A stretch of 64,000 nt of DNA from Anthoceros angustus. Lineage: Eukaryota; Plantae; Anthocerotophyta. The stretch is taken from contig VJWM01000025.1 in NCBI GenBank assembly GCA_010909165.1, forward strand, positions 806,001 to 870,000. Direction: 5' to 3'. Positions 42,369 to 56,714 of this stretch are shown here, in pieces. The notes beneath the pieces were generated by a model that worked only from the letters and a program-made list of their open reading frames with translations, searched no databases and had not been told where the DNA came from. Position numbers and translations under genes: made by a program. Each line of letters starts with the position of its first letter. The first letter of the stretch is position 1.

Positions 42369-44346
42369 CTAGTGCCTTACTAAGGTCCTGATGAACTTGT
42401 CTAGACGAATTCCAAACACCTTTCTAGAAAATGTTTCTTGCACATGCTGCCTTGCGGCGATGCCCATGCTTCTTGCCTTCTCAGGGTCACTAAGCAGAGA
42501 AGACATGGCCTGGCAAAAACTCTGCGGCGTGGGTTCACATAGCAGGCCTGTTACACAGTGTTTGATACTTTCTTTAGGGCCTCCACTGTTGCAAGCCACT
42601 ACGGGCTTTCCTGCAGCCATAGCTTCCAAGGGCACAATCCCAAAATGCTCTTCCTGCATAACATGCACGCCATGGCATTATGGTGGTGTCCACTGGAAAG
42701 CAAATCAGGAGGAGGCAAATTTGCGGTTGTTCCTTACCATGGGTGTGTAGATGACACAAATGCAGGCATGCAACAGCATGTTTCTTTCCGAGGTTGAGCA
42801 AGATGGCAAAACGAGTACTTGCTTTGCGACGCCCTCCTGCTGAGCAAGGGAGTTCAGCTCGTTGAAGTACTCACGATTCTCAGACAGTCGGGGGTCGTAA
42901 CCACCTGAATCGAGAGGAATGTTAGGAGGCACAAAATGCCCAGAGATTGATGTAGCCATGGACGACTGCTGAACTTGACCTAGTAATCGTTGTGTGATCC
43001 ATACCAGCAACCACAAGCCAGATGTCTTCAACTTCACCACTGTCTTGACACTGACTCAGCTGTTCCAGGACTCGTGAGAAAGCAGAAATTGCCAATCTGA
43101 GATTCTTCTTCCTCTCGAACCGGTTGATGGATAGGAATACACGGCTGCGCAACAGGAGACCCCATGGATGATGAGGGCATCATGGAGACAAGCAAGTTAC
43201 GCATGGAAATCACGTGCGAAGTTGTAGCTTACTTCTACCTGCCAGCAGGGAGCCCAAGCTTCTCCAGTGATTGTTGAGATGCAGAAGCTGAATCAGCCTG
43301 TGGCGGCACCGAGAACTGTTCAACATCCACAGCTGGGTACAGGACTGCTGGGGACAGACCTTTTCCGTTGAGTGTCTTGAAAGTCATCCCAAATGTGCTT
43401 GCCGTGAACTCACTGTTCACCAGCACTAGATCTGCCATTCCTGCATCCGGCTCTCTCCATCTCAGGAACTGCATACCCTGCAGGTACTAAGAAGGAATGA
43501 GCAAAGCAACCACTTTCACAGGCTTGAGGAAAGAAGAAGTTTCTGCTTGTCCCAGGGCATAAGTCTCGGTGCAATATCGTGGTCCATACCAGTAGTCCTC
43601 TCTTCAACCCAATCAATGGGCCAACGATACATCTTTCTCAATCTCGTGGAATGTTGAGCGAGCAGCAAGTCTGGAAAATGACAGTAAAACAGCACCTGCA
43701 AAACAACCACCCCAGAACATGTCTCAGGTATGAAAATCTACCGACCAACGCAACCAGCAAACCATCCACTCACTTTGCTTAAAACCCATCTACCCACCTT
43801 GGCATTTCGTTTCAGCTTCAGCAGAGGTATAACCATGACACTTGGTCTACCAGCACCACATCAAATGCAGGCCAGAATAGCACGATGCACAGAGCCACAT
43901 AGAGGCACCGGGCATATGCAAACACGGCATGAAGCCTGTTGAAGACATTTCGAGGAAGAAAGGACCCATAAACCGTGACTGGGAAACTTCCTGGTCATAC
44001 AACACAGCACGGTGAAGATGCAATAGAACCAACTTCAGTCAGCATAAAAAGACGTGAAACGCAAACGGACAGCCTACCATTCACAGTCTCCTCGAAACAG
44101 CGCTTAGGATCGTGATAAGCTGTGAACACATGCACATGGTGTCCCAGTGCAGTCAATTCTAGGGCTGCATCCACAATGAGTCTCTCCGCACCACCTGCCC
44201 ACAATGACAAGATTCCACCATCAGACCCCCACACCCTGAGTAGCAGCTCAGTCGATGAAGCTCAGAGCACGGCATTGGATCATAGAACCACCTATTCCAA
44301 GATCAGGATGGCAAATAGCAACACGGAGCTTCCGCGAGGACGCCAT
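42369..44346 (-). CDS. ALG2: Alpha-1,3/1,6-mannosyltransferase ALG2, 8 exons
   Basis: Exons 44292-44346, 44078-44194, 43798-43990, 43590-43695, 43239-43440, 43005-43144, 42738-42904, 42369-42653, all GT-AG; motifs HPDLGIGGAERL, FYCHFPDLLL, SINRFERKKN, EHFGIVPLEAM. Exons total 1265 nt, one short of frame (DQVS-VI in exon 3). Confidence 0.95.
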
Positions 44347-44751
44347 CACACACCCACAAAGCGTGCACAGCCAAGCCGTAGCTGTCATTCGTTACTTGAC
44401 ATACACCCGAATTAGGTACTATTAGATATACCAAGGCACATTCATGACGTATGGTCATGAGCATGGGGCTGTTACTACGGGACCACGCACAGTCAACAAA
44501 TGTGTAGGCTCTTCTTACTACCACCCGCCAAAGGATTCCATCAGTCAGCTTGCATCAAGCGTATGAGAACTTATTAATGCCGTTTCTTCCCAACAATCTG
44601 GCTTTGGGCTACGGCGTACTGGCAATCCACTACCTATACGTATACACCCAACAGACCAGCGCTATCGCCGTTCCCCAGTCTCGAGCGTATCAAAGCAGAA
44701 TCATCCCATGATGTGGCTATCGGAAGGGGTCCGGTGGAGTGCTGCAGGAAT

Positions 44752-44870
44752 GCCTTGATACCTCTCATCTCGTATGCCGGACACCTTGTCTCACATATAG
44801 ATCTAGAGGAGAACAGGAACTGCCTTGATACCTCTCAACTCGTATGCCGGACACCTTGTCTCACATATTG
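44752..44870. repeat. ~70-bp-period direct repeat upstream of ALG2
   Basis: GCCTTGATACCTCTCA.CTCGTATGCCGGACACCTTGTCTCACATAT occurs twice. Confidence 0.85.
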
Positions 44871-45382
44871 TTCGAGATAGCTTGTAGGAGCGAAGGTCCT
44901 AGCTCCGCACAAAACCCGGCTTTTTATTACAATCAAGGAGGCCTCATACACGTATTAGGAGACGGTGCAGATGCGGAGGCACATGAACCAGATTGAAGAC
45001 ACTATGCTTCTGGAGCAGGATTGGGTATTGACACAAACAGAGGAGCCGAAAGAAGAGACTGTGTTGTGCTGAAGCTTTGGATTTTTGGGTACAATGGTAC
45101 ACTGCCAAACCAAAGGGCAAGGGCAGGGTGGGTCTTGTGGGCAACTTTGGATGCAGGGTAGCGAGATCTAGAACTCCGGATTCTTTGCACCTCACGGCCT
45201 TATGAGTTGAAGCTTTGCCGCCATCGTTAGATGACTACACTGTTTATTTGTTGAAAGTGGCCTGCCTGCACACGAAGAAATGTGAACCTGGCCTACCTGC
45301 ACAGGAAGAAATGTGAACCGAAGGAATTGTCCAACACTTTCCGAGAAGCTTTCAGAGCACAGAATGTTAGTATGCATCTTGC

Positions 45383-45828
45383 TTGTATTGCATTAGCCAA
45401 CTTGCTTGGATGCAGGTGTCACAATCTAACAGTGTGACTGCTGTTTGTTATGGCCATAGTGAAAGAACATTTTACAAGAGCTTGTGTGAGGTGATCACGA
45501 GCTCTATTATATGCCACCGCCGGGAGATGTCCTTTAGGAGGACAAGACAGGGACTTCCAGACTTTGCTATGGATGTAGAAGCTGATGAGGCAGAGTTCAG
45601 CCCTTCTGATGAGGAGGATGGGCCTATTCTTGAGTTGCTTGGTCACTCGGATGTGGAGGCCTATGAAGAGGATGATGGCGACAAGGTAGATGAGGGAAGG
45701 GCCAACTACACTTCAATAACAACTTCAGGACCTTCCATGCTCGTCCCGACTATTGCAGACATGCCGGACCATGACGCAGGACACTGGCATGCCGGCGCTC
45801 GGCATGGTGGAGGAAACAAGGATCTGGG
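45383..45828 (+). other. Unidentified acidic coding-like segment cut by the CACTA end
   Basis: An ORF with a DEAEFSPSDEEDG-type acidic tract runs into the CACTA terminus at 45829; no recognised domain. Confidence 0.25.
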
Positions 45829-46961
45829 CACTACTAGGAAACCATGCCCTTTAACACGGACTTTACAACGGGTTTTATAACAGGGTTACTACTACATTAG
45901 TAAAACGCCTGTAGTAAACATAAAGCATTAATTTCCGTGGTAATGTCCTCATACCGTATACCAGGCTATATACTATAATTTAATGCGGCATGTATACGGA
46001 GTAATTTATTTATATATAAGGTTAGTATGGACCTGTAGTTTACTTTACTACATAAATTAACCCCATTTTTTACTACGGGTATAAAACGTATAAACCTAGA
46101 TCAGCGGTTAATAAACCAATGTTTGTTAACTAGTATTAATTAACCATGGTTTATTAACTGGTATTATTAAACCTATGGTTTGTTAACTGGGGTCTCTTTT
46201 AAGACGCTGTAGTAAAAAACCATGTAGTAAAACGCCTGTAATAAACACCTATAGTAAAACTTTGTAGTAAAAGCTCTGCAGGAAACCACATGTAGTGCAT
46301 ACTACAAGGGTTTCCAGTTGCTTTAAACTGGAAAAAAGGCAGTAGTAAAACATCCGTAGTATCAGTAGCTTAGAGTTTAGGGTGTTTGGGAGTATGTTGA
46401 CAAAAAATGGCCTGAATCTACTATCCAGACCAGATCACGCAACTATTCTACACTCTAGTCTTTAGCTCATCCCTACATTCCACTAGGTGCACTTCCTGTC
46501 ATCTCCACCAGCTGCGCAACTGTAATGCATGGCCCCAAGAATAATCCAACTTCCAAAAAAGGATGCCATTAGCAAATTCAGAACAAGCATAGACAAACAG
46601 AGGTTGTCTCGCAACAAGAACCAAGGTTGTCAGGCTTATGCATCCTCAGTAGTCTCAGCATCCTTCGCCAATTTGCGGGGAAGATAATCCCTCACCATCC
46701 ACCCGTCATCAGCAACATTTAGCTTCATGATGGCTTCCATGATCTTCCCGTCACATTCATCAGTTAGGTATCCTGCCTCCTTCAACATGTCCCACACCAC
46801 AATAGCCTTCTCCTTCTCCCCATTTGCCCCAACCTGCCGACCCAACTCTGGCTGTCCGGTATTGGACTCCCTCCAAAACACTCTCAGCTTCGAAAGCCAA
46901 GACCCATGATTGCTACCTACAGCCTTTATCTCATCCAGGCTTGGTTCCCTAGTGTACTTTG

Positions 46962-49900
46962 TGATGAAATATGACCTATTTAGGGCACTCTTCACTAGGG
47001 CACCTAAGGCTATTAATTAATTTAGTTCTTAGGGCTTTAGGTAGTTTAATGAGTAGTTAGTTGTTACAACCACTTAGAGGTTAGAACTACTTATGGTTAC
47101 AACCACCTTATGGTTATAACCACCTAGCCTATATAAAGGCTTTGTACTTTCTATTATAATCAATGCATACAACTTTTGTGCAAAGCTTTCTACTATCGCT
47201 TGCTATGTTTTGCTACCTAGAGCATGATTCTCATCATGGTATCGAGCATTGCTCTCTATTTGCATTGGACAACTTGACATGCTGATCTACTCTTCTTCTT
47301 CATCTTCTTCTTCATTTCTTTTTAGAAGATGCATAGATTCTTTAGATTGCATGTCATAGATTGTCATGTTCCTTAATCTTCAATAATGCACACTTGCATC
47401 CAATCCTTGCTTCAATGCGATGGACCTTCAATCCTCAAGCAAGGCTATTGGAAGAAGATTAAGGCGCAAGACAAGAGATAGAATATAGGAATGCAAAGAT
47501 TAGAATTGCTAGGAAGTCTAGTAAGATAGTAGGAGATTCCATACTTATTGCTAACTTCATTGGCTCTATTCTAATCAAAGTAGAAGATCAAGGGAGGCAG
47601 ATAGAAATTGCTAGAAGAAACTTGCTTACTATCTTTAGTTTAAGTCAAGTGAAAGCAATAGAACTCGCTCTTGATCATATCCCAAATCTACAAGCAGGTC
47701 CTCTTCCTTCTGTCTCCAATGCAGGTTCACAACAACGCAAGCAAGAAATCTTCAGTTCGATAAAGACTCTCGCCAGAGAACCACGCCATCAACACACCCT
47801 ACGCAGAACAAGCATAGAGGAGTTAGCAAGAGAAGTGCGTGATCTCAATAAGCGCCTCCTTGAGCATACTGATCCACACATGCTGAGCTGTCTTCATCAC
47901 AAACTTTCCTCCGCCGCTCGTCATCCCGACAAACACGCCGATCTGAGAAAAGGTTTCTTCTTGTTTTGCTCCTTGCTGATGTTTCTGATGATGAGGAAAT
48001 GCGAAGTGCCTCTGTCGCAATAGTGACCACCGCAATGGCTGGTTCCGACGTGACGATCGAGAGGAGAGGGATCCACCCAAAGATGAAGTACGACCTTCCG
48101 TGGTGAATCACAACTATGGTGGCAGTTTAAGGAAAGGATGATTCAATGGGCGGTGACGTTTGGCGCTGCGAATGCGCACTTTTCCGCAATCGAGACCTAT
48201 GGGACGTTGTAAGTGGGTCCACACCAAACCACGTGGGGCTCGAGAGCAAAGAAACACAGGGCGCCGAGGATGAAAAAGCTCAAGACCTCCGATCGGTGGA
48301 CTAGCCCTTAATATGGTAAGACAATGCAGTCAAGCAAAAACTTCTAAACAGATGTGGGATCACCTTGCTCAGTTATATTCTTCAAGAGATGTTATGAGTA
48401 TGATGACCGCGATGCGCAACTTCTTCAATGTGAAGATGAAGGAATCTGACTCCGTCGAACACCATATCAATACTTTCCAGCAAGCTAGATCTCAAAATGA
48501 AGCTGCCACCAACACCTCCGTCTCCGAACTTGTTGCATTCCTTGTTCTCTTGATTTCCCTCCCACCCTCCTCTGGACCATTTCTCACCACACGGCGTGGT
48601 TCGAGCAAGCCCGTGGCGGACCTCGACATCGTGTCGCAACTCATCGGAGCCATGATTCGGAGGAGTCCGACGCCATGAGCCCAAGTCCACCGACAGTGAT
48701 GTCTGGAAGAGGCGAGGAAGAGGCGCGGCAAAAGTTCTCCTTCCAATAGACTGCTTATTCCACACCAAACAAATATCATGGCGAATCCAACTCTTCCACA
48801 CCTTCCGGGGTACCAAAAGAGTGGAATTATTTGTAATTGGTGCGAATACCTAATCACATGGAAAAGGATAGAAAGAAGAAGAATGGGAACCTAGATCGAG
48901 GCCCGCGCTCATGTTGCTTCAAGAAACACTCTTCATCAACAACACGTGTGCTCACTATTTGCCTTGCATCCTCTAAGCCGCCACCGCTTATTGGTACAGG
49001 GCGGTGGAGCAACATCACATATCTGCTACAACAAAGACTCCTTGAGTCATACACCCCACCCAGGACATCATCGTTTCTCTGGGCGATGATCACACCTTCC
49101 ATAGCGGGCCTAGGTTACATTGTACTCAATGTGATTCAGTCGACTCTTCATCTTCATCAAGTCCTCCATGTTCCGCCATGTGCAAAACCTAGTGTCACCG
49201 CTAGTCTTTGCACACACCACATGCAGTCCTTTTATATGCCGATAGTTGTTCCTTTCCTACCTCAAGAATAGAACACACAATATCTCGACCGGCATCTTAG
49301 AAGATGGACTCTATAGATTGTCGATCAAAGTAGGAGCCACACATTCGTCAATGTAGCCTCCCAACATTCTCGCACACCAACACACACGATGCTCGGCATT
49401 GTAGATTAGGTCACCTAATAGTCGGTTACTCCAAATGTCTAGAGACAACTGTATAGAACACCTGTCTCTCCAAGGTTCACAACTTAGATTGGTGCGAAAC
49501 ATGTGTCCTCACAAAACGTCACAGAACCTTTCAAAATCCATCTCCTCAAAGGGCCAAGTCACCTTTAGAGATAGTACACAGACATTTGTGGACCCCTCTA
49601 CACCCTCCTTTAGCGGTAGTAGATACTTCTTAACTTTACCGACGACTATTCCCGTTCTCGCCTCCTACATCCTCACACAAAAGAGTGAAACTTATCGTTT
49701 TCAAGGATTACATGGCATGGGCGAAAGGCTTGATCACAAACTCAAGACCTTACGTTCCGACAACGGTGGAGAGTTTACATCTCATAGATTTGCTGAATTT
49801 TGTCGAGTGAAGGCGTAGCTCAACAATTAAGTGTAGTATACACTCAAAGAAATGGCGTCAGAAAATAAGAATCTCCGCCTCCAAGAGATTACAGTTGCTG

Positions 49901-52900
49901 TTAACACAAGCTAACTTATCCAAAGCTTATTGGGTGAGGCCCTCCTTACAAGAACCTATCTCATGAATCACCGACTTCCTCATTCAAGGTATGACTCCAT
50001 ATGAAGCATTCATCGCAACAAGCCTTCCATAGATCACCTTGAATTTTTGGCTCTCGCATATGTCTTTATCCCTAAAGTACAACGCAAGAAGTTAGATCCA
50101 AAAGCTGCCAAATATCTATTTATTGGCTACAAGGCATCAAAGGTTACAAGCTATTTGAACCCACAACACGGAAGCTTATATATGCCGAGTGTTACTTTTC
50201 ATGAGTCTTACCTCTTTTCCCCAGTGGGAGCTGGTACATCCGGCCCCGAGGACGCCTCTCCAAGAGCCCTCGATACCTCCTCATTTGATGATACCGATTA
50301 TATCACTCAATTTCCAGTTCTCGCCCACGTGTTCCGTAGTTGAACCTCTTAGAGGAGGAGGAGGAGTTAGCATCTATTCCACGAAACACCACCGATGGCG
50401 ACAACATTCAAGTCGAGGAGCCAGACACTCTTTATGAAGAGCATGATGACCCTCCTGAATGACATGGAGCACCATGATCCTATTGATGTTCTGCTCCTGG
50501 AAGATGCACCGGAACCTACACAAAGGTACAACTTAAGAACCCGCCCCGCAATCGGACCCGCAGGATGGAAGGAACCTCCTTTAGGATATCTAGCTGTTTT
50601 TGATGATCCTCTTCCCCGTATCACTTTACTCACAAGTCGTATACAAGGCAACCATAGATCGGAAGAACCTCTTACCTTAAAACAAGCTTTCTCTTCTCGA
50701 AAAAGCCTTATGGAAGGTAGTCAGAGATTCGAATATAACTCTCTCATTAGTAACTCTACATGGGAATTGGTTAAGCCACCTAAGGGTAGGAAGATAGTCA
50801 CCAGCAAATGGGTATTCAAAATTAAGAGAAAAGGAGATGGTTCCATTGAGAGATACAAAGCACGCCTTGTGGCTGTGGGATTCACCGGATACCGGGTTTA
50901 GATTACCTCCCATGGGCCACATTCGCCCGATAAAAGTTTGCTTCCCTTAGAATAATCTTCGCCTAATGACCCATCATGATCTTGAGCTCCATATGATGGA
51001 TGTGAAGACAAGATATCTCTATGGCCGTCTTCAAGAAGAAATCTACATGAAACGCCGAAGGTTATGAGGTTAAAGGCAAGGAAGATTGGGTATGCAGACT
51101 AATTAAAGGCTTGTATGGCCTTAAGCAACTGGTAAAATTGGAATATGGACATACATGTGAAACTCATCAAAGAGGCTTCCGCAAAGTGATGCCGATGCAT
51201 GCATGTATATCCTAATATCGTGCAATGATACCTTTTACTTATTGCTCTCGTCGGACGTATTCATGGCCACAAACTCTCTTACTCTCCTAGCCGAGATCAA
51301 AAGTCGGCTCAAGACTTTTATGAAATGTCCGATTTAGGAGAAATGACATATGCACTTGGTGTCAACATTATTAGAGATCGAGCAAACAAGACTCGAGTAT
51401 TGTTCAAACCAAGTACATTAAAGAAAGTTTAACCAAGTTTGGACTTGAAGATGCGAAACCGCCTACACCTTTGCTAGTGGGGTCGCTTACCATGGATATG
51501 AGTCCAAAGACGACAAGATAAGTTGGAAATGTCGTCCCATATCGACATCTGTTGGCACACTTATATATTTATCCAACTTCACACGACGGATATATCTTCA
51601 AGTCGCCTGCTCACAATTCGAGAACCACGGCGTGAACCGGATGTCAACTAAGCGCATATTCGATACCTCCTCATTTGATGATACCGATTATATCACTCAA
51701 TTTCCAGCCTCGCCCACGTGTTCCGTAGTTGAACCTCTTCTGCAGGAGGAGGAGGAGTTAGCATCTATTCCACGAAACACCACCGGATGGCGACAACATT
51801 CAAGTCGAGGAGCCAGACACTCTTTATGAAGAGCATGATGACCCTCCTGTGAATGACATGGAGCACCAGATCCTATTGATGTTCGCCCATGGAAGATGCA
51901 CCAACCTACACAAAGGTACAACTTAAGAACCCCCCGCAATCGGACCCGCAGGATGGAAGGAACCTCCTTTAGGATATCTAGCTGTTTTTGATGATCCTCT
52001 TCCCCGTATCACTTTACTCACAAGTCGTATACAAGGCAACCATAGATCCAAGAACCTCTTACCTTAAAACAAGCTTTCTCTTCTCGAAAAGCCTTATGGA
52101 AGGTAGTCAGAGATTCAATATAACTCTCTCATTAGTAACTCTACATGGGAATTGGTTAAGCCACCTAAGGGTAGGAAGATAGTCACCAGCAAATGGGTAT
52201 TCAAAATTAAGAGAAAAGGAGATGGTTCCATTGAGAGATACAAAGCACGCCTTGTGGCTGTGGGATTCACCCATACGGGTTTAGATTACCTCCCATGGGC
52301 CACATTCGCTCCGAGCAAAGTTTGCTTCCCTTAGAATAATCTTAATGCCCCATCATGATCTTGAGCTCCATATGATGGATGTGAAGACAAGATATCTCTA
52401 TGGCCGTCTTCAAGAAGAAATCTACATGAAACAGAAGGTTATGAGGTTAAAGGCAAGGAAGATTGGGTATGCAGACTAATTAAAGGCTTGTATGGCCTTA
52501 AGCAACTGGTAAAATTGGAATATGGACATACATGTGAAACTCATCAAAGAGGCTTGCAAAGTGATGCCGATGCATGCATGTATATCCTAATATCGTGCAA
52601 TGATACCTTTTACTTATTGCTCACGTCGACGACGTATTCACAAACTCTTACTCTAGCCGAGATCAAAAGTCGGCTCAAGACTTTTATGAAATGTCCGATT
52701 TAGGAGAAATGACATATGCACTTGGTGTCAACATTATTAGAGATCGAGCAAACAAGACTCGAGTATTGTTCAAACCAAGTACATTAAAGAAAGTTTAACC
52801 AAGTTTGGACTTGAAGATGCGAAACCGCCTACACCTTTGCTAGTGGGGTCAGCTTACCATGGATATGAGTCCAAAGACGACAAGATAAGTTGGAAATGTG

Positions 52901-55604
52901 ATCCCATATCGACATCTGCACACTTATATATTTATCCAACTTCACACGACGGATATATCTTCAAGTCGCCTGCTCACAATTCGAGAACTCGACGTGAACA
53001 CCGGATGTCAACTAAGCGCATATTCGGATACCTCAAGGGTACCATGCACAGGATTGACATTCAAGTATACACCGTGCATAAAGACGTTGACATTAACGAC
53101 TTACCGACGCCGACTATCTTTGGTGACCCGACACTGCATCCGATCGTGACGATCGCTATTGGGGAGCACCGATATCTGGTCAAGTAAGAAACAACCAACC
53201 ATAGCCTTGTCCAAGACCGAGTCGAGTATAGAGTACTAACCTCGGTTGCTAAAGACATAGTATGGACTAGGCTAACCTTGAGTGAACTTCATCACAAGCG
53301 AAAAGCCCACCTTGTTGTTGAGTGATAGTCGTGAGCTATAGCCTTGTCAAGGAACCTGTCTTCCACTCTAGAACTAAACATATTGTCGAATATCATTATA
53401 TCGAGAGAAAATAGAGGATAAAACTATAGATATTAGTTATGTTCAAACTTTAGATAATGCATGATTTATTAACAAAGTCACTAGGCATTGAATCGCAGAA
53501 ACATATGAAATGTTTAGGTATATTGGACACATGTCTAAGCCTCCACTATAGTTCATCCTAGCGACTAAATTGGTCTACTTAAGATAACCTTAGTAATCCA
53601 ATATTCTATTCTAAGTCTTGAACAATCATCCTCAATCTTAACATAGGCCTTAGCTGCATCCTCTCCTTCATACATAGTTGAGGTACTCTCTAGAAAATAA
53701 TATTAAAATATTACATAATATTTTGCTAATTAAAACTTTTCATATTTTCTTAACCTCAAGAATACTCACGATAGACATGGATCATATGCCGGAAATTCTT
53801 CACAAACACATAACCGTATCATATGTATCTTAGTTTCGGCAAACATAGGAGCATGGAGGTACGTCCGAATTCCCTTTCATATTAGTGATTATATAGATGA
53901 GCTTCACATCATCACCCTTGGGATATATGCCGGGTTTCGAATCCTATGTTTCCTATTCTATGTCTTTCTTGGGCAAAAGAAACCTAAAATGGGCAAGATT
54001 TTAGCAAGAGAAAATAAGTTAGAACACCTTTTAGAGTCACAAAAGCATGTCTACCTTTTCATTTTTCTCATTTTCTTCATTTCATTTCATTTTCCTTTTT
54101 CCCATAATTTTCCATACATAAATCTGCAAAAATAGTATCAGAAAATTCATCACAATTAATATTTTTGAAACTGGAAAATGGTCATTTGAAGATGCCCACA
54201 AACGGGCTTACAACTAGGTGCCTCTCCTCATGACAAAAGGGGGCATCTGCTCAAGGTGCCTCCTTCACGACAAGGGGGAATGCCTTGCTATACCATCGCT
54301 ATCTTACTTGAGATTTCAGCCTCCTTCATCACAGGCGAAGCCCTTCAATGAAGATTCTTCCGAGGCACTTGTATCGATAAGAGAACAATCTCGCGATTTC
54401 TTCCCACAGAGCTTTGAGAAATCTTCCTCGACGATCTCTCACCGCACACTGGTGACGACATGCCGCATTGGAGCAGTGTTGGCTTGGGATTAGCGGCAGC
54501 ACTTTTGAGACATTGAGACAAGACATGGGAAGATCAGCTTTCTTTAATCTCCCGGCTTGGGTGAGACACTCCCATATGGCGGCACTCACACATCAATGGC
54601 GATCTTCAGACTGCAGAACAAATTCCACCTCTCCCGGTGACTTCAACCTCTACACGAGCTCCACCACTTCATCCCACGGAAAACGTGGTGGGCTCTCCAC
54701 AAAGGTTGGAATCCATTTAGATGCGGTGGAGGATCACGGTATCGCACAAGTGGGCGTCTGCTCCTCGGAGGCGGTCCCTCCCAGGGCTCCTCTTCTTTCT
54801 TTTTCCACCGCAGTGTGGCACCCATCTACTTGCGCAGCACCACCGCAGCGGTGATCCAGCACATGGGCGGCGCGCGCGGCGCGGCGCGGCGCGGCGCGCC
54901 CCACGGCGCGCCCCCGCCCACATCTGCGCCATAGCAAGTTCTTTGTGCTTCATGAGCGGGAGGAGCGGGGAGCGCAACGGAGCGGGAGCGAGGGGGAGGA
55001 GGAATAAAACCGTATGGGGGTTTCATTAACGGTATGACCCCCCCATGGTATACGGACGGGCATCACATGCCCCATGGGTTTAACCCATTTAATGGTTTTC
55101 GTTTTTACCTTTTACCTTTTACCTTGTTTAGGAATTTACCATTTCCTAATTACGTTTTTGGTAATTAATTTTGATTACATTAAATTCTGCTTAAATGTAA
55201 CTTAAGCCAGTTTTTAATTGTTTTCTTAGTTAGTGGATAGCTTTCAAGTTAGTGGGAGCTAACTAGTCCTTTTAGTCTCATTTGAAGCGATTCTTCACAC
55301 CTAGTTCATAGTGAGTGGGAGTGATGAAATATGACCTATTTAGGGCACTCTTCACTAGGGCACCTAAGGCTATTAATTAATTTAGTTCTTAGGGCTTTAG
55401 GTAGTTTAATGAGTAGTTAGTTGTTACAAGCACTTAGAGGTTAGAACTACTTATGGTTACAACCACCTTATGGTTATAACCACCTAGCCTATATAAAGGC
55501 TTTGTACTTTCTATTATAATCAATGCATACAACTCTTTTTGTGCAAAGCTTTCTACTATCTGCTTGCTATGTTTTGCTACCTAGAGCAGCTATGATTCTC
55601 ATCA
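46962..55604 (+). mobile_element. Full-length Ty1/copia element 2 with near-identical LTRs and a 5-bp TSD
   Basis: LTRs 46962-47236 and 55322-55604 (TGATGA...TCATCA); TSD CTTTG at 46957-46961 and 55605-55609; PBS TGGTATC(A)GAGC at 47237; PPT AGTGAGTGGGAG before 55322; gag, integrase (LRSDNGGEF), RT (KWVFKIK..DGSIERYKARLVA), RNaseH (RTKHI), heavily frameshifted. Confidence 0.95.
50268..53040. repeat. Internal tandem duplication (~1.39 kb) of the RT region
   Basis: TCGATACCTCCTCATTTGATG near 50269 and 51660; duplicated KPPKGRKIVTSKW peptide. Confidence 0.9.
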
Positions 55605-56714
55605 CTTTGCTCTAAACCTCTCCAGAAACCCCTTCTGACCACCATATCCAAAGCAAGAATATGTATTGCTTCCTACCTCCTTCATCCTGCTCATGGCGCT
55701 TTTTACGACTAGGGCCACAACTCCGCTTATCTTGTCTTGCTCCTCCTTCAAAAACACATCCCAATACTCTTGCTTCACACCTTTCGGGACATACTGGGGG
55801 TTAGACTTCTTCCCCTGCAAAAAATAATGGGCCTCCTTTCTAACATTGTTCCTCCAATACTTCAAATTAGTGCTCAAAAACTGCAAGACAATAGGCTGAA
55901 ACTCCCATGGCCCAGTCATAGTTTGCCTGATGCATGTCTCAACATGAAGCTGGGTGGCGTCTGTTTGTTTCCAAAAGGGATATATGAGTGGATTGCATAC
56001 GTACAGGACCGCAAAATGGACTCTGTCCTTCATGGGTATGAATGAAGGACTCTCTTGGTATATAAACCCTGAAAAACACGAGGAGTTGCAGCAAGATTAG
56101 TACTATGACACCAGCAAAGTTAGAGTTTAATCGGGCCTAATTCAGTCTTCAAACAGGCTTAGCACAACGTTAACAGGGTTGATGGCTGTGAACGTGGCTA
56201 TTATCATGGCTGTTTCAGGCTTGAAACAGCAAGGCTTGAAAAAGCAAGGCCTGAAACGGGGATAAAATTTAATTCCTGCACACACGGCGACCATTCTGCT
56301 CTTACAATAATAACCTTAACAAGAGCTACAAACTAGCGTGCTTACCAAAGGGGTGCAGATGTGAGGGAAGCACTTCGTGACAGATATCGTGAACCCTCTT
56401 CCGCTTTGGGCCTCTCTTGCCCTTCACATCCACATCGCGGCATTCAGGTGGAATGATGGCTACATCGTCTTCCACATCACGACATTCAGTTGGAAAGGTG
56501 TCCACATTTTCCTCCACATTGCGGCATTCCCCAATGAAGCCACCTGCATCTAGATATTCAGCATTCAACCTGTTAGAATTGGCAGGCTCTGTAGATGCAT
56601 CTTCAACAGCAGGGTTCTCGTGGTTCGCAGCCTTCACATGGCGCACGAAATTCGCCCACACAGTTGGTTTTTTAGGACTATCTGGTACACGGCATTCTGC
56701 GCCATGTGCTTCGT

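Noticed and set aside
43798-43990. ALG2 as a pseudogene
   Set aside because: One missing base in an otherwise conserved 8-exon gene, in a window with widespread 1-nt indels, is more likely a sequence error.
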